64,000 nt of DNA from Oscillospiraceae bacterium (GTDB lineage: Bacteria > Bacillota > Clostridia > Oscillospirales > CAG-272), in contig SVUA01000007.1 in assembly GCA_015063485.1 (NCBI GenBank), positions 4,980-68,979 of the forward strand, in the 5' to 3' direction. Shown here piece after piece: positions 19,310 through 30,719 of the stretch (positions within the stretch are counted from its first letter, which is position 1; the number at the start of each line of letters is the position of its first letter). The notes beneath the pieces are model-generated. The model made no database searches. It saw only the letters and a program-made list of their open reading frames with translations, and had not been told where the DNA came from. The translations under genes were made by a program, and so were the position numbers.

Positions 19310-19729
19310 TCAGTTCTCGAGGGGCTTAGCCTCAACCTTTTTCTCTTTCTTCTTGCTATCCTTCTTGTCAGCCTCAGGCTTAACATAGTCGATAAGCTTT
19401 ACGATCGCCATCTCTGCGCCGTCACCTCTGCGCGGGCCGAGCTTGTAGATCTGTGTATAACCGCCATTGCGATCCGCATACATAGGAGCGAGCTCGCTGA
19501 ATACCTTGGTAACAACGTCCTCCTTGGTAATGTATGCCAATGCTGCGCGGCGACTTGCAAGAGTATTCTTCTTGCCAAGAGTAATCATTTTTTCTGCCAT
19601 TGAACGAACTTCTTTTGCTCTGGTAAGAGTCGTTTCAACCTGTCCGTTAGCAAGCAGTAAAGTAACCATTCCGCGAAGCATTGCGTTTCTGTGCGCGGTA
19701 GGTCTGCCAAGTTTTCTTGTTCCGGGCAT
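19310..19729 (-). CDS. rplQ: 50S ribosomal protein L17
   Basis: [24 protein letters not shown]. Confidence 0.97.
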   Translation of the reverse strand: MPGTRKLGRPTAHRNAMLRGMVTLLLANGQVETTLTRAKEVRSMAEKMITLGKKNTLASRRAALAYITKEDVVTKVFSELAPMYADRNGGYTQIYKLGPRRGDGAEMAIVKLIDYVKPEADKKDSKKKEKKVEAKPLEN

Positions 19730-19791
19730 TGTCTTTGCCTCCTTTGCCGTATTTTAATCGTATGCATTCTCGGCTTTACGCCGATTTTTTC

Positions 19792-20766
19792 TTACTCTTC
19801 CTCTTTTCTGAGGTCAAGTCCGAGTGAATGCAGTTTCTGGATAACTTCTTCAAGCGATTTCTTACCGAGGTTACGAACTTTTATCATATCCTCTTCGGTT
19901 CGATTCGTAAGATCTTCCACCGTGTCAATGCCTGCGCGCTTCAAGCAGTTGAAGCTACGTACAGACATGTCAAGCTCCTCAATGGTCATCTCAAGAACCT
20001 TTTCCTTCTTGGTCTCTTCTCTTTCAACCATGATTTCCACGTTCTTTGCTTCATCAGACAGATCAACAAACAAGTTGAGATGCTCGTTGAGAATCTTGGC
20101 TCCGAAGGAAATCGCTTCTTTTGCTGTGATTGTTCCGTTGGTCTCGACCTCAAGCGAAAGCTTGTCAAAGTCGGTAATGTTGCCTACACGTGTATTTTCA
20201 ACGTTAAAGCTTACATTATAGACCGGCGTATATATCGAATCGGTAAATATCGTTCCGATAGGAGCGGATATATTAGAACCGCGCATCTGAGCATCAAGCT
20301 GCTTGTTGCGCTCCTGCGATACGTATCCTCTGCCCTGATCGAAGGTCAACTCCATATAAAATCTGTCGTTGTCTCCTACAGTGCAAATATGATGATCGGG
20401 GTTCAGTATCTCTATATCCGTATCTGCCTTGATATCACCTGCCGTTACTTCACGCGAACCAATTACATCGATAATGACTGTCTTTGGCGAATTGCAGTGA
20501 AGCTTTGCTATAATACCCTTTACGTTAAGAACGATCTCGGTAACGTCCTCGGTAACTCCGGGGATAGTGGAAAATTCATGAAGAACACCGTCTATCTTGA
20601 TGTTGGTTACGGCATATCCGGGCAATGAGCTGAGCATAATTCTGCGCAACGAGTTGCCAAGGGTAATTCCGAATCCGCGCTCAAGTGGCTCTACGATAAA
20701 TTTACCGCGTGTACCGTCTTCGCTCAGGTTAACCGTCGTTATATTGGGCTTTTCAATCTCAATCAT
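19792..20766 (-). CDS. rpoA: RNA polymerase alpha subunit
   Basis: [17 protein letters not shown], alpha-CTD NLGKKS. Confidence 0.98.
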   Translation of the reverse strand: MIEIEKPNITTVNLSEDGTRGKFIVEPLERGFGITLGNSLRRIMLSSLPGYAVTNIKIDGVLHEFSTIPGVTEDVTEIVLNVKGIIAKLHCNSPKTVIIDVIGSREVTAGDIKADTDIEILNPDHHICTVGDNDRFYMELTFDQGRGYVSQERNKQLDAQMRGSNISAPIGTIFTDSIYTPVYNVSFNVENTRVGNITDFDKLSLEVETNGTITAKEAISFGAKILNEHLNLFVDLSDEAKNVEIMVEREETKKEKVLEMTIEELDMSVRSFNCLKRAGIDTVEDLTNRTEEDMIKVRNLGKKSLEEVIQKLHSLGLDLRKEEE

Positions 20767-20872
20767 TCCAAATAAACCCTCCTTATAAAATTTAGTTTAA
20801 GAAAAACCACGCGCGAAAATATCGCGCCTTTTCCTTTATGCAGAAAATTTCTGCATAAAGAAGGGGCATTGA

Positions 20873-21499
20873 TTACTTGGAGTAAAGCTCGACGATAAGC
20901 TGCTCGTTGAACTCGAAGTCGATATCGTCTCTTGCGGGAAGAGCCACTACCTTTGCGGTAAGAGTGGTCTTATCAACATCAAGCCACTTAGGAGCGGTCT
21001 TGGTCTGAAGCTTCTCTGCGAGTTCCTTGCACTTTGCAGAACCGCGGAAGTTCTCCTTAACTGCTACTACGTCACCTGCGCTAACGATGATAGAAGGAAT
21101 ATTTACCTTCTTACCGTTGAGCGTAAAGTGCTCGTGAAGAACGAGCTGACGGGCATCACGACGGCTTTCAGCCATACCCATTCTGTATACAACGTTATCA
21201 AGACGGCGCTCGATAAGCTTGAGCAGGTTCTCACCCGTCATGCCTTCCTTGCGGTCTGCCTCTACGAAGTAGTTCTTGAACTGCTTCTCGAGAACGCCGT
21301 AATATCTCTTGGTCTTCTGCTTCTCACGAAGCTGCATTCCGTACTCTCTCTGCTTCTTTGCAGCGGCACCGTGCTGACCGGGAGCTGTTGAGCGGCGGTC
21401 AAGTGCGCACTTGCCGGAGGTGCATCTGTCACCCTTCAAAAAGAGCTTGGTTCCTTCTCTGCGGCACAATTTGCACGCAGGACCGGTATATCTTGCCAT
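20873..21499 (-). CDS. rpsD: 30S ribosomal protein S4 (Zn-binding type)
   Basis: [31 protein letters not shown]. Confidence 0.98.
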   Translation of the reverse strand: MARYTGPACKLCRREGTKLFLKGDRCTSGKCALDRRSTAPGQHGAAAKKQREYGMQLREKQKTKRYYGVLEKQFKNYFVEADRKEGMTGENLLKLIERRLDNVVYRMGMAESRRDARQLVLHEHFTLNGKKVNIPSIIVSAGDVVAVKENFRGSAKCKELAEKLQTKTAPKWLDVDKTTLTAKVVALPARDDIDFEFNEQLIVELYSK

Positions 21500-21522
21500 T
21501 TTCAGTTTCCTCCTGTTTTTAA

Positions 21523-21918
21523 TTAAACGCGTCTGCGCTTAGGCGGTCTGCATCCGTTGTGAGGAACGGGAGTTACGTCCTTGATCATAGTGATCGAAAG
21601 ACCTACCGTCTCAAGTGCGCGGATTGCCGACTCACGTCCGGATCCCGGACCCTTTACATAGACTTCAACAGTCTTAAGTCCATGCTCCATTGCTGCCTTT
21701 GCAGCTGCTTCAGAAGCCATCTGAGCGGCGAAAGGAGTGGACTTTCTGGAGCCTTTGAAACCGAGTTCACCAGCAGATGCCCAGGAAATTGCGTTTCCGT
21801 TGACATCGGTAACTGTAACGATCGTGTTATTAAAGGTTGCAGCGATATGAACAGCGCCTTTTTCGATATTCTTTTTCTCGCGGCGTCTCTTAATAACCTT
21901 CTTAGCAACTTTTGCCAT
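21523..21918 (-). CDS. rpsK: 30S ribosomal protein S11
   Basis: [25 protein letters not shown]. Confidence 0.98.
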   Translation of the reverse strand: MAKVAKKVIKRRREKKNIEKGAVHIAATFNNTIVTVTDVNGNAISWASAGELGFKGSRKSTPFAAQMASEAAAKAAMEHGLKTVEVYVKGPGSGRESAIRALETVGLSITMIKDVTPVPHNGCRPPKRRRV

Positions 21919-21933
21919 CTTTCTACCTCCCTA

Positions 21934-22302
21934 TTATTTCTTCTTGTTAGCGATGGTCTTTGCGGGACCTTTTCTTGTTCTTGCATTGGTTTTGGTTCTC
22001 TGACCTCTTACGGGGAGACCTTTTCTGTGTCTGATTCCGCGATAGCAGTTGATCTCAACCATTCTCTTTATGTTGAGTGCTACTTCACGGCGGAGATCAC
22101 CCTCAACAGTGTAAGAGTTTTCGATCTCATCACGCAGCTTTGCGATCTCATCCTCGGTAAGATCCTTTGCGCGCTTATCAGGATCAATTCCCGTCTTTGC
22201 GAGAATGTCATTAGAGCTCTTGCGACCGATACCGTAGATATAAGTCAATGCGATCTCTACGCGCTTATTGTTCGGAATATCAACACCAGCTATACGAGCC
22301 AT
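21934..22302 (-). CDS. rpsM: 30S ribosomal protein S13
   Basis: [25 protein letters not shown]. Confidence 0.98.
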   Translation of the reverse strand: MARIAGVDIPNNKRVEIALTYIYGIGRKSSNDILAKTGIDPDKRAKDLTEDEIAKLRDEIENSYTVEGDLRREVALNIKRMVEINCYRGIRHRKGLPVRGQRTKTNARTRKGPAKTIANKKK

Positions 22303-22333
22303 ATTGTTTTACCTCTCTGTTAGATTTTTCGGC

Positions 22334-22447
22334 TTAGCCTTGTCTCTGCTTATGCTTGGGGTTTTCGCAGATAACCATTACTTTGCCTTTTCTCTTAATG
22401 ATTTTGCACTTTTCGCAAATCTTCTTTACGGATGGTTTAACCTTCAT
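22334..22447 (-). CDS. rpmJ: 50S ribosomal protein L36
   Basis: Hand-translated [37 protein letters not shown] (below track cutoff). Confidence 0.97.
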   Translation of the reverse strand: MKVKPSVKKICEKCKIIKRKGKVMVICENPKHKQRQG

Positions 22448-22471
22448 TTTATTACACCAACCCTTTCTTTA

Positions 22472-22690
22472 TTACTTTGCACGCCAAGTGATGCGTCCTT
22501 TGGTCAGGTCGTAGACCGAAACCTCTATGGTGACGCGGTCACCGGGCAGAATTCTGATATAGTTCATTCTAAGCTTTCCCGATATGTGAGCCGTTACTAT
22601 ATGCTCATTGGGAAGCTTTACCTTGAAGGTCGCGTTAGGCAATGCCTCTACTACTACGCCTTCAAATTCGATTACATCATCCTTCGGCAC
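22472..22690 (-). CDS. infA: Translation initiation factor IF-1
   Basis: [26 protein letters not shown]; GTG start. Confidence 0.97.
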   Translation of the reverse strand: MPKDDVIEFEGVVVEALPNATFKVKLPNEHIVTAHISGKLRMNYIRILPGDRVTIEVSVYDLTKGRITWRAK

Positions 22691-22737
22691 GATAGTTCCT
22701 CCTATTATGCATCTATCTCTGCGATCATTTGATCAAC

Positions 22738-23499
22738 TTACCACTCTTTGTCAACGAGCGTAGTAATCACCACGCCGTCCGACGTAAGAGCAACCGTATT
22801 TTCGTAATGCGCCGAAAGGCTCTTGTCACGGGTCTTTACCGTCCAGCCGTCCGACAACTCATAGACTTCTTCCGATCCGACGTTTACCATCGGCTCGATC
22901 GCAAGTGTCATACCCGCGCACAGACGAACACCGCGTCCTGCCGTTCCGTAATTCGGAACGTCGGGAGACTCGTGAAGCTCACGCCCCACTCCGTGTCCTA
23001 TATATCTGCGCACTACCGAAAAGCCTGCCTGTTCAACACAGTTCTGTATGGCGCTACCTATATCGCCTATTCGGTTACCGAGCTTAAAAGCTTCAACACC
23101 GCAGAAGAAACTGTTTCGAGTAACCTCTATCAAGTGTTTTGCCTCATCGCTTACCTTGCCGACGGCTATCGTTCTCGCCGCATCTCCGTGAAATCCCTTA
23201 TAAAACGCGCCAACGTCAATTTTTACGATGTCTCCCTCGCGAAGTATCTTCTTTTCAGAAGGTATTCCGTGAATGACCTCATCATTTACGCTGATACACG
23301 CAGAACCGGGAAATCCCGCATAGCCGAGAAACGAAGGCTTTGCGCCGCTCTTTTCGATATAATTGCGTATGACCGTATCAAGCTCTTTAGTACTTACGCC
23401 TTCGCGGAGATGCTCACGGGCGACGAGCAATGCCTCGCCCGTGATGCGTCCCGCATCGATCATTGCTGAAATCTGAGCGGAATTTTTTAGTTGGATCAT
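22738..23499 (-). CDS. map: Methionine aminopeptidase type I
   Basis: SVNDEVIHGIP, GHGVG..LHE, IEPM, AHYENT. Confidence 0.96.
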   Translation of the reverse strand: MIQLKNSAQISAMIDAGRITGEALLVAREHLREGVSTKELDTVIRNYIEKSGAKPSFLGYAGFPGSACISVNDEVIHGIPSEKKILREGDIVKIDVGAFYKGFHGDAARTIAVGKVSDEAKHLIEVTRNSFFCGVEAFKLGNRIGDIGSAIQNCVEQAGFSVVRRYIGHGVGRELHESPDVPNYGTAGRGVRLCAGMTLAIEPMVNVGSEEVYELSDGWTVKTRDKSLSAHYENTVALTSDGVVITTLVDKEW

Positions 23500-23501
23500 G
23501 C

Positions 23502-24143
23502 TTACGCCTCAAATTTTGAGAGTGCCTTCATAACTCCTGCAGTAGTGTCCTCAACCTTTTCCATGCCCTTGACACAAGCAAGGATCCCCTTTGCCGCATA
23601 ATAATCCTTAAGCGGCTCGGTTATTTCATGGTAGTTTGCAAGACGCTTCAGCACAGTCTCGGCAACGTCGTCATCTCTGATATACAGCGATGCGCCGCAG
23701 GCGTCGCAGACATTTTCTGTTTTGGGCGGAATATACGCAATGTGATAAGAAGCTCCGCAAGCTGAGCAGATCCTACGACCGCTCATTCTTTCTACTATCT
23801 TCTCATCCTCGACCTCAATGCTGAGTACAACATCGATCTTCACACCCATAGCGTCGAGCGCCTCTGCCTGAGGGATCGAACGGGGGAAGCCGTCAAGAAT
23901 AAATCCGTTTGCGCACTTATCCGACGAAAGATAATCTTTGATAATACCGATCACAACCGCATCGGGCACGAGGTTTCCCGAGTCCATATAAGACTTCGCC
24001 TCAAGACCGAGAGCAGTTCCTTCCTTGACAGCCGCACGAAGCATATCGCCCGTGGAAACTGCGGGAATGTTCCATTTTTCCGAGATTTTTGCGGACTGAG
24101 TTCCTTTTCCGGCACCGGGAGCGCCCATAAGAATCAAGTTCAT
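23502..24143 (-). CDS. adk: Adenylate kinase
   Basis: GAPGAGKGTQ, LDGFPR, CxxC...CxxC lid. Confidence 0.97.
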   Translation of the reverse strand: MNLILMGAPGAGKGTQSAKISEKWNIPAVSTGDMLRAAVKEGTALGLEAKSYMDSGNLVPDAVVIGIIKDYLSSDKCANGFILDGFPRSIPQAEALDAMGVKIDVVLSIEVEDEKIVERMSGRRICSACGASYHIAYIPPKTENVCDACGASLYIRDDDVAETVLKRLANYHEITEPLKDYYAAKGILACVKGMEKVEDTTAGVMKALSKFEA

Positions 24144-24168
24144 GTTTTTCCTCCAAACGAAACTATGA

Positions 24169-25506
24169 TCAATCAAGGAAGCCCTTGTAATTACGGAGCG
24201 ACATCTGAGCCTCAAGCTCACGGAAGGTCTCGAGAGCAACGCCGACTACGATCATCATTGAAGAACCGCCAAACGCAAACGCAGAGAACCAAGATGTCCA
24301 CGCATTTTTGCCTATAACGATATTCTTGACCGTAAATTCGATATTGTTTACGAGCATTGGGAAGCACGCGATAAGAGCTACGAGAAGCGCGCCAACGAGA
24401 GTGATTCTCGAAAGGACCTTCTTAATAAACTCTACCGTAGGTCTGCCCACACGGATTCCGGGAATAGCTCCTCCATTGTTCTTAATATTGTTTGCAACTT
24501 CTACAGGATTGAAGGAAATCGCAACGTAGAAGAAAGCAAATGCAATAAGAAGGATAAGGAATACTACAAAATAGGGCCATGTGTTATAGTTGAACCAGTT
24601 GTTCACAAACTTCGTAAACCAATTCTCCTTAGTCATGAAGGTAGCTATCGTAGCGGGGATCGCAACGATAGAGTTTGCGAAGATGATGGGCATAACGCCG
24701 GACATATTGACCTTCAAGGGAAGGTTGGTATTCTGTCCGCCGTACATTTTTCTTCCGACAACACGCTTTGCGTACTGGATCGGAATTCTTCTTTCGGCAT
24801 CAGACATCCAAACGATGAGTACGACCATAGCAAGAAGTACGAGAACTTCAGCGATAGCGAGGAGAAGTCCCCACCATACGAACTTACCGTTCTGAACAAC
24901 GAGTGCTCCGATAGCCGTAAACATTGAGAAGAGTCCTGCAATAATGTTTGCAAAAAGGATCATGGAGATACCGTTACCGATACCGTGCTCATTGATCTTT
25001 TCCGCAAGCCACATAACGAGCGATGCACCTGCGCAGTACGAAGCTATGATTACCATGTAGTTAAAGAAGTTAGGCTCTGTTACTACAAGCATATTGTTAG
25101 CCTCAAGGAAGAATGCATAACCGATACTCGTTACGAGTGCGAGAACGACCGTAAAAATACGGGTAAGCATGGTAAGCTTTTTCTTACCTTCCTCGCCTTC
25201 CTTTGCCCATTTTTCAAGGGGAGGAAGCGCGATAGTAAGAAGCTGAACCACGATAGATGCCGTAATGTAGGGGGATACACCGAGCGCAAGCAAGGTTGCC
25301 TGTGCAAGTGCTCCGCCTGAAAGAAGGTTCAGGAACTGAAGAATGTTGCCACTGAAAAGATTTGTCGCGGTGCCAAGCACATCGGGTGACACGTAAGGTA
25401 CCGGAATGTTAGCTCCGAGACGGTACAGAACGATGATAAGCAATGTGAAGAGAAGCTTTTTCTTAAGCTCGGGGATTCTCCAAGCGTTTTTCAGCGTCTT
25501 GAACAT
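24169..25506 (-). CDS. secY: Preprotein translocase SecY
   Basis: GVSPYITASI, GIGNGISM, GVMPIIFA, IPGIRVG. Confidence 0.98.
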   Translation of the reverse strand: MFKTLKNAWRIPELKKKLLFTLLIIVLYRLGANIPVPYVSPDVLGTATNLFSGNILQFLNLLSGGALAQATLLALGVSPYITASIVVQLLTIALPPLEKWAKEGEEGKKKLTMLTRIFTVVLALVTSIGYAFFLEANNMLVVTEPNFFNYMVIIASYCAGASLVMWLAEKINEHGIGNGISMILFANIIAGLFSMFTAIGALVVQNGKFVWWGLLLAIAEVLVLLAMVVLIVWMSDAERRIPIQYAKRVVGRKMYGGQNTNLPLKVNMSGVMPIIFANSIVAIPATIATFMTKENWFTKFVNNWFNYNTWPYFVVFLILLIAFAFFYVAISFNPVEVANNIKNNGGAIPGIRVGRPTVEFIKKVLSRITLVGALLVALIACFPMLVNNIEFTVKNIVIGKNAWTSWFSAFAFGGSSMMIVVGVALETFRELEAQMSLRNYKGFLD

Positions 25507-25508
25507 TC

Positions 25509-25949
25509 TTATACCTCCTCGATCTTTCCACCTGCTGCTTCTATCTTTTCCTTTGCACTAGCCGAAAAGACTGTCGCTTTAACTGTGAGTTTTTTGGTAA
25601 GCTCGCCTTCTCCAAGAACCTTGATTCCATCAAGCTCCTTGCGTACGAGCTTTGCTGCCTTAAGCGCTTCCATATCAACAACTGCTCCGTCCTCAAAACG
25701 ATTGAGAGCCGCTACGTTTATGATAGCGTAGTTAACAGCAAATCTGTTTTTGAAGCCTCTCTTGGGAAGCTTTCTGTAAAGAGGAAGCTGTCCTCCCTCA
25801 AATCCGGGTCTTACACCGCCGCCGGAACGAGCGTTCTGACCCTTGTGGCCCTTACCTGCGGTCTTTCCGTTACCGGAACCGGGGCCTCTACCTTTACGCC
25901 AAGCTGCCTTTGCGGAGCCTTCAGCGGGAGAAAGTTGATTTAATTTCAT
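25509..25949 (-). CDS. rplO: 50S ribosomal protein L15
   Basis: [20 protein letters not shown]. Confidence 0.97.
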   Translation of the reverse strand: MKLNQLSPAEGSAKAAWRKGRGPGSGNGKTAGKGHKGQNARSGGGVRPGFEGGQLPLYRKLPKRGFKNRFAVNYAIINVAALNRFEDGAVVDMEALKAAKLVRKELDGIKVLGEGELTKKLTVKATVFSASAKEKIEAAGGKIEEV

Positions 25950-25961
25950 GTCTCTGCCTCC

Positions 25962-26135
25962 TTACGCGTTTTCGATCTTTACGAGGTGCGAAATAACCTT
26001 GACCTTGCCCGCGAGAACGGCATTATCCTCATGAACAATGCTGTCACCGATCTTAACAAGACCCAGAGACTTTGCGGTTGCCTTCTGATTGGGTTTAGCA
26101 CCGATCAGGCTTTTTACGAGAGTAACTTTTTTCAT
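25962..26135 (-). CDS. rpmD: 50S ribosomal protein L30
   Basis: Hand-translated MKKVTLVKSLIGAKPNQKATAKSLGLVKIG...VISHLVKIENA; position between rpsE and rplO. Confidence 0.93.
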   Translation of the reverse strand: MKKVTLVKSLIGAKPNQKATAKSLGLVKIGDSIVHEDNAVLAGKVKVISHLVKIENA

Positions 26136-26151
26136 TGTGTCCCCTCCTTAA

Positions 26152-26655
26152 TCAACCTTTTACCTTGTCGACGGAAACATCACGGATCTTTGCTACCTCT
26201 TCAGCAGTGCGAAGAGCCTCAAGTCCTGCGATAGTTGCCTTTACGACGTTGGTAGGATTATTGGAGCGGAGGCACTTCGCACGAATGTTAGAAATACCAA
26301 CAAGCTCCAGAACTGCTCTGACCTTTCCGCCCGCGATGATACCGGTACCGGGTGCAGCAGGCTTAAGAAGAACCTTACCTGCGCCGTATACGCCGATTAC
26401 TTCATGGGGAATGGTCGTTCCCTTAAGGGAAACAGTTATCATATTCTTTTTAGCATCCTCAATTCCCTTGCGGATCGCTTCGGGAACTTCGGCAGCCTTT
26501 CCAAGTCCTACTCCTACGTGACCGTTACCGTCGCCCACTACCATGAGTGCTGCGAAACGAGAAATACGACCACCCTTAACGGTCTTGGAAACACGGTTCA
26601 GAGCGACAAGCTTTTCCTGAAGGTCAAGCTCTGCCGGATTAATTTTGTTTGCCAT
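26152..26655 (-). CDS. rpsE: 30S ribosomal protein S5
   Basis: [23 protein letters not shown]. Confidence 0.97.
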   Translation of the reverse strand: MANKINPAELDLQEKLVALNRVSKTVKGGRISRFAALMVVGDGNGHVGVGLGKAAEVPEAIRKGIEDAKKNMITVSLKGTTIPHEVIGVYGAGKVLLKPAAPGTGIIAGGKVRAVLELVGISNIRAKCLRSNNPTNVVKATIAGLEALRTAEEVAKIRDVSVDKVKG

Positions 26656-26731
26656 GTTTTTCCTCCTAAGATTGTGTTCAAAACTATTTTTTGTTTGAAC
26701 AGTGTACAAACCGGACTGATTGCAAAAGCAA

Positions 26732-27091
26732 TCAGAACTTCAGTCCGCTCTCGCGAGCGCCTTCAGCCAATTCCGATACACGTCCGTGATAAAGATAGCC
26801 GCCGCGGTCGAATACGACTTCGGTGATACCCTTTGCTGCTGCTCTTTCGCCGATCATCTGACCGACCTTCTTAGCTGCTGTCTTGTTGCCGCAATTACCC
26901 TCAAAATCTTTTTCATGGGTAGAAGCGGAAACCAAGGTTACGCCTGCAACGTCGTCAATGATCTGAGCGCAGATATGCGCGTTAGATCTATATACGCACA
27001 GACGCGGACGGGAAGCTGTTCCCGAAATTTTTGCTCTGACTCTCTTATGTCTCTTAAGACGAGCCTTATTAGCGTCTTTTCTTGATACCAT
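26732..27091 (-). CDS. rplR: 50S ribosomal protein L18
   Basis: [23 protein letters not shown]. Confidence 0.97.
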   Translation of the reverse strand: MVSRKDANKARLKRHKRVRAKISGTASRPRLCVYRSNAHICAQIIDDVAGVTLVSASTHEKDFEGNCGNKTAAKKVGQMIGERAAAKGITEVVFDRGGYLYHGRVSELAEGARESGLKF

Positions 27092-27109
27092 TTGTGTCCA
27101 CTCCTTTCA

Positions 27110-27682
27110 TTATTTACCGGTCTTTCCGGCTTTGCGGCGAACTCTCTCGTCTGCGTATTTAACACCCTTACCATGATAAGGTTCAGGCGGTCTCTTGCTG
27201 CGGATGACCGCTGCGGTCTGACCAACTGCCTGCTTGTCGATTCCCTTTACGGTGATCGTGATCGGAACGACCTTATCTGCTACTTCAAGGGTAATTCCCT
27301 CGGGCTCGGTGATGCAGAACTTATCCTGAGGCTTGCCGTTTGCTTTAAGGGAGTGTCCCAAGTAAAGCTCTACGGTCTTACCAACCTTAGCTGCCTTATA
27401 ACCGACGCCTATGATCTCCAAAGTCTTGGAGAAGCCCTTGGTTACACCAACGACCATGTTGTTAAGGAGCGCGCGGCTAAGTCCGTGTACGCTTCTGTCC
27501 TCCTTCTCATCGGTAGGACGGGTAACCGTAAGAACATTGCCCTCGAGCTTTATCATCATACGGCTGTTAAATTTCTCGGTGAGAGTACCGAGCGGTCCCT
27601 TGACCGTTACTACGTTATCTTCCGCAATGGTTACGGTAACACCTGCGGGAACTTCTATAGGCATTCTTCCTATTCTTGACAT
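27110..27682 (-). CDS. rplF: 50S ribosomal protein L6
   Basis: MSRIG, KGPLG, RPPEPYHGKGVKY. Confidence 0.97.
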   Translation of the reverse strand: MSRIGRMPIEVPAGVTVTIAEDNVVTVKGPLGTLTEKFNSRMMIKLEGNVLTVTRPTDEKEDRSVHGLSRALLNNMVVGVTKGFSKTLEIIGVGYKAAKVGKTVELYLGHSLKANGKPQDKFCITEPEGITLEVADKVVPITITVKGIDKQAVGQTAAVIRSKRPPEPYHGKGVKYADERVRRKAGKTGK

Positions 27683-27703
27683 TTCAATTACCTCCCGCTT
27701 TCA

Positions 27704-28102
27704 TTACCAGACAAACGCAAGGACTTCGCCGCCGATCTTGGTCTCGCGAGCCTTCTTGTCGGTCATAATTCCCTTGGAAGTCGATACGATCGCGATTCCA
27801 AGTCCGTTCATTACCTTAGGCATATCCTCGTAACCTGCGTATATACGAAGACCGGGCTTAGATACTCTGCGGATACCGCGGATCACCTTCTGCTTGCCTG
27901 CGTTGTACTTAAGGGTTACACGAATAACGCCCTGCTTTCCATCCTCGATGACCTGATAGCTCTTTACGTAGCCCTCTTCAACGAGAATGTCTGCGATTGC
28001 CTTTTTCATTTTGGATGCAGGAATGTCAACAGTTGCGTGCTTTGCGTCATTTGCATTGCGTATTCTGGTGAGCATATCTGCGATTACGTCTGACATTTGC
28101 AT
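27704..28102 (-). CDS. rpsH: 30S ribosomal protein S8
   Basis: [24 protein letters not shown]. Confidence 0.97.
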   Translation of the reverse strand: MQMSDVIADMLTRIRNANDAKHATVDIPASKMKKAIADILVEEGYVKSYQVIEDGKQGVIRVTLKYNAGKQKVIRGIRRVSKPGLRIYAGYEDMPKVMNGLGIAIVSTSKGIMTDKKARETKIGGEVLAFVW

Positions 28103-28311
28103 AATTTTTATCCTCCTGTATGCAAGTTAATATTTTCTTGCTGCCGTACGCTGACGGCGGCATATTGGCGGTTAAGCGCATCCGTAGACTCGCTTCCTTC
28201 CAATAGTTTAGGATTGTTCCTCTTTAGACTCGAGGAGAGTTATCATCTCGGCGGGATATTCGATTTCAAAGCTTCAAGCTTTGAAACCGTTTTCCGTCGT
28301 TTTGATTTAAA

Positions 28312-28497
28312 TTACCAACTTGCTTTCTTTACGCCGGGGATCTGTCCCTTGTAAGCGAGCTCGCGGAAGCAGATACGGCAGATGCCGTATTTGCGGAGAT
28401 AAGCATGGGGACGACCGCAGATCTTGCATCTGTTATACTCTCTGGTGGAGTACTTCTGCGTCTTCTGCTGCTTAAGAATCATAGCCTTCTTTGCCAT
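28312..28497 (-). CDS. rpsZ: 30S ribosomal protein S14 type Z
   Basis: RCKICGRPH...CRICFRE, 61 aa. Confidence 0.96.
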   Translation of the reverse strand: MAKKAMILKQQKTQKYSTREYNRCKICGRPHAYLRKYGICRICFRELAYKGQIPGVKKASW

Positions 28498-28516
28498 TTT
28501 TACCTACCTCCTTTAA

Positions 28517-29056
28517 TTAGTTTGCGAAGGGAGCGCCCATAAGCTTGAGGAGCTCTCTTGCCTCTTCGTCGGTGTTAGCCGTTGTTACGAAGCAGATATC
28601 CATACCGCGGATCTTTTCAACCTTGTCGTACTCGATCTCGGGGAATATGAGCTGCTCCTTAAGACCAAGCGCATAGTTTCCTCTGCCGTCGAACGCGTTG
28701 GGGTTGATACCCTTGAAGTCACGAACTCTGGGGAGAGAGAAGTTGAAGAGTCTGTCCATAAACTCATACATTCTGTCGCCTCTGAGGGTTACCTTTGCGC
28801 CGATCTTCATGCCCTCACGGACCTTGAAGTTAGCGACGGACTTCTTTGCGTAGGTGGGAACCGCCTTCTGTCCGGAAATGAGAGTAAGATCTGCGATAAC
28901 TGCGTCGAGAGCCTTGGAGTTATCCTTAGCGTCGCCGACACCGCAGTTGATAACGATCTTATCTACCTTCGGGATCTGCATGGGGCTCTTATACTCAAAC
29001 TTTTTCATAAGGGCAGGAGCAACGTCGGCCTTATACATATCTTTCAATCTTGCCAT
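28517..29056 (-). CDS. rplE: 50S ribosomal protein L5
   Basis: [24 protein letters not shown]. Confidence 0.97.
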   Translation of the reverse strand: MARLKDMYKADVAPALMKKFEYKSPMQIPKVDKIVINCGVGDAKDNSKALDAVIADLTLISGQKAVPTYAKKSVANFKVREGMKIGAKVTLRGDRMYEFMDRLFNFSLPRVRDFKGINPNAFDGRGNYALGLKEQLIFPEIEYDKVEKIRGMDICFVTTANTDEEARELLKLMGAPFAN

Positions 29057-29073
29057 CAGTCAATACCTCCCAA

Positions 29074-29379
29074 TCAAAGTTCCTGTCCGCACTTTGCGCA
29101 GACACGAACCTTCTTACCGTCAACTACCTTGTAGTTAACTCTTACGCCCTTACCACACTTTGAGCAGTAAAGAGCTACCTTAGATGCATAAATAGCACCC
29201 TCTGCGTCAATGATGCCACCAGCTTCGCCCTGCTTACGAGGCTTTACGTGCTTGTGGATCATGTTGACCTTTTCTACTATTACCTTATCTTCCTTGGGGG
29301 AAACGGCAATAACCTTTCCCTTTACGCCCTTGTCGTCACCGGAAAGAACGATGACGGTATCGTCTTTTCTGATATTCAT
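29074..29379 (-). CDS. rplX: 50S ribosomal protein L24
   Basis: KOW motif V.VLSGDDKG; position in the spc operon. Confidence 0.95.
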   Translation of the reverse strand: MNIRKDDTVIVLSGDDKGVKGKVIAVSPKEDKVIVEKVNMIHKHVKPRKQGEAGGIIDAEGAIYASKVALYCSKCGKGVRVNYKVVDGKKVRVCAKCGQEL

Positions 29380-29395
29380 ACTCTCGATACCTCCA

Positions 29396-29764
29396 TTAAA
29401 GTACTTCGGGTGCGAGGGAAAGGATCTTCAGATAATCCTTCTCGCGGAGTTCTCTTGCGACCGGTCCAAAGATACGAGTTCCTCTGGGGGTCTTATCTTC
29501 TTTGATGATTACCGCTGCGTTCTCGTCAAACTTGATGTAGGATCCGTCTGCACGCTTCATACCATGCACACTTCTTACTACAACCGCCTTAACGACGTCG
29601 CCCTTCTTTACAACACCGCCGGGAGTAGCCTTCTTTACGCAGGCTACGACCACATCACCAATGTTCGCATATCTGCGGCCTGTTCCGCCCAGAACGCGAA
29701 TGCACATCAGCTCTTTAGCTCCGGTGTTATCGGCAACCTTCATGAGTGTTTGTTGCTGTATCAC
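29396..29764 (-). CDS. rplN: 50S ribosomal protein L14
   Basis: [26 protein letters not shown]. Confidence 0.98.
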   Translation of the reverse strand: MIQQQTLMKVADNTGAKELMCIRVLGGTGRRYANIGDVVVACVKKATPGGVVKKGDVVKAVVVRSVHGMKRADGSYIKFDENAAVIIKEDKTPRGTRIFGPVARELREKDYLKILSLAPEVL

Positions 29765-29828
29765 TTTATTTTCCTCCTGATTTCAATACGATTTACGCCG
29801 TATTTACTGTATATGGTGTGGAGCTAAA

Positions 29829-30089
29829 TTATTTAGCTTTTTCGATGATCTCGACCACACGCCATCTCTTTGTCTTGGACAGCGGTCTGGTCTCCATGAT
29901 CTCAACCTTGTCGCCGATGCCGCACGTGTTGTTCTCATCGTGTGCATGAACCTTCAAGGTACGCTTGATGATTTTTCCGTATACGGGATGCTTTACGTTG
30001 TCCTCGATGGCAATAACTACCGTCTTGTCCATCTTGTCGCTTACAACGTATCCGACACGGGTTTTTCTAAGATTTCTCTCTTCAGTCAT
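29829..30089 (-). CDS. rpsQ: 30S ribosomal protein S17
   Basis: [20 protein letters not shown]. Confidence 0.97.
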   Translation of the reverse strand: MTEERNLRKTRVGYVVSDKMDKTVVIAIEDNVKHPVYGKIIKRTLKVHAHDENNTCGIGDKVEIMETRPLSKTKRWRVVEIIEKAK

Positions 30090-30101
30090 GATCTTTCCTC
30101 C

Positions 30102-30302
30102 TTACGCGTTTTTCTCAGAAAGAACAGTCATTACACGGGCAATGTTCTTCTTAACTTCAACGATCTTCTGAGGATTGTCAAGCTGGTTGATCGCATGCTG
30201 GAAGCGGAGCGTAAAAAGCTCTTCCTTGAGCTCCTTGAGCTTTGCGTTAAGCTCTTCGGCACTCAATTTTCTGAGTTCTTCATTAAATTTTGTTGCCTTC
30301 AT
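30102..30302 (-). CDS. rpmC: 50S ribosomal protein L29
   Basis: ELFTLRFQ...NIARVMT. Confidence 0.95.
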   Translation of the reverse strand: MKATKFNEELRKLSAEELNAKLKELKEELFTLRFQHAINQLDNPQKIVEVKKNIARVMTVLSEKNA

Positions 30303-30305
30303 AGC

Positions 30306-30719
30306 TTATGCTTCCTCCTTTACGACGAACTTGCACTTGATGGGGAGCTTGTGAGACGCAAGTCTCATTGCTTCCTTTGCGACGTCTTCTGCAACGCCGT
30401 CCATCTCGAACATTACTCTACCCGGCTTTACAACTGCTACCCAGTACTCAGGAGATCCCTTACCGGAACCCATTCGGGTCTCAGCAGGCTTCTCAGTTAT
30501 GGGCTTGTCGGGGAAAATCTTGATCCAAACCTTACCGCCACGCTTGATATATCTTGTCATAGCAATACGGGCTGCTTCGATCTGGTTGCTGGTTATCCAT
30601 GCAGGCTCAAGAGCTACAAGACCGTAAGAACCGTTTGTAACCTTATTGCCTCTGGTTGCTTTACCTGTAAGTCTTCCGCGCTGTACGCGACGGTACTTAA
30701 CTCTCTTAGGCATTAACAT
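30306..30719 (-). CDS. rplP: 50S ribosomal protein L16
   Basis: [15 protein letters not shown]. Confidence 0.97.
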   Translation of the reverse strand: MLMPKRVKYRRVQRGRLTGKATRGNKVTNGSYGLVALEPAWITSNQIEAARIAMTRYIKRGGKVWIKIFPDKPITEKPAETRMGSGKGSPEYWVAVVKPGRVMFEMDGVAEDVAKEAMRLASHKLPIKCKFVVKEEA

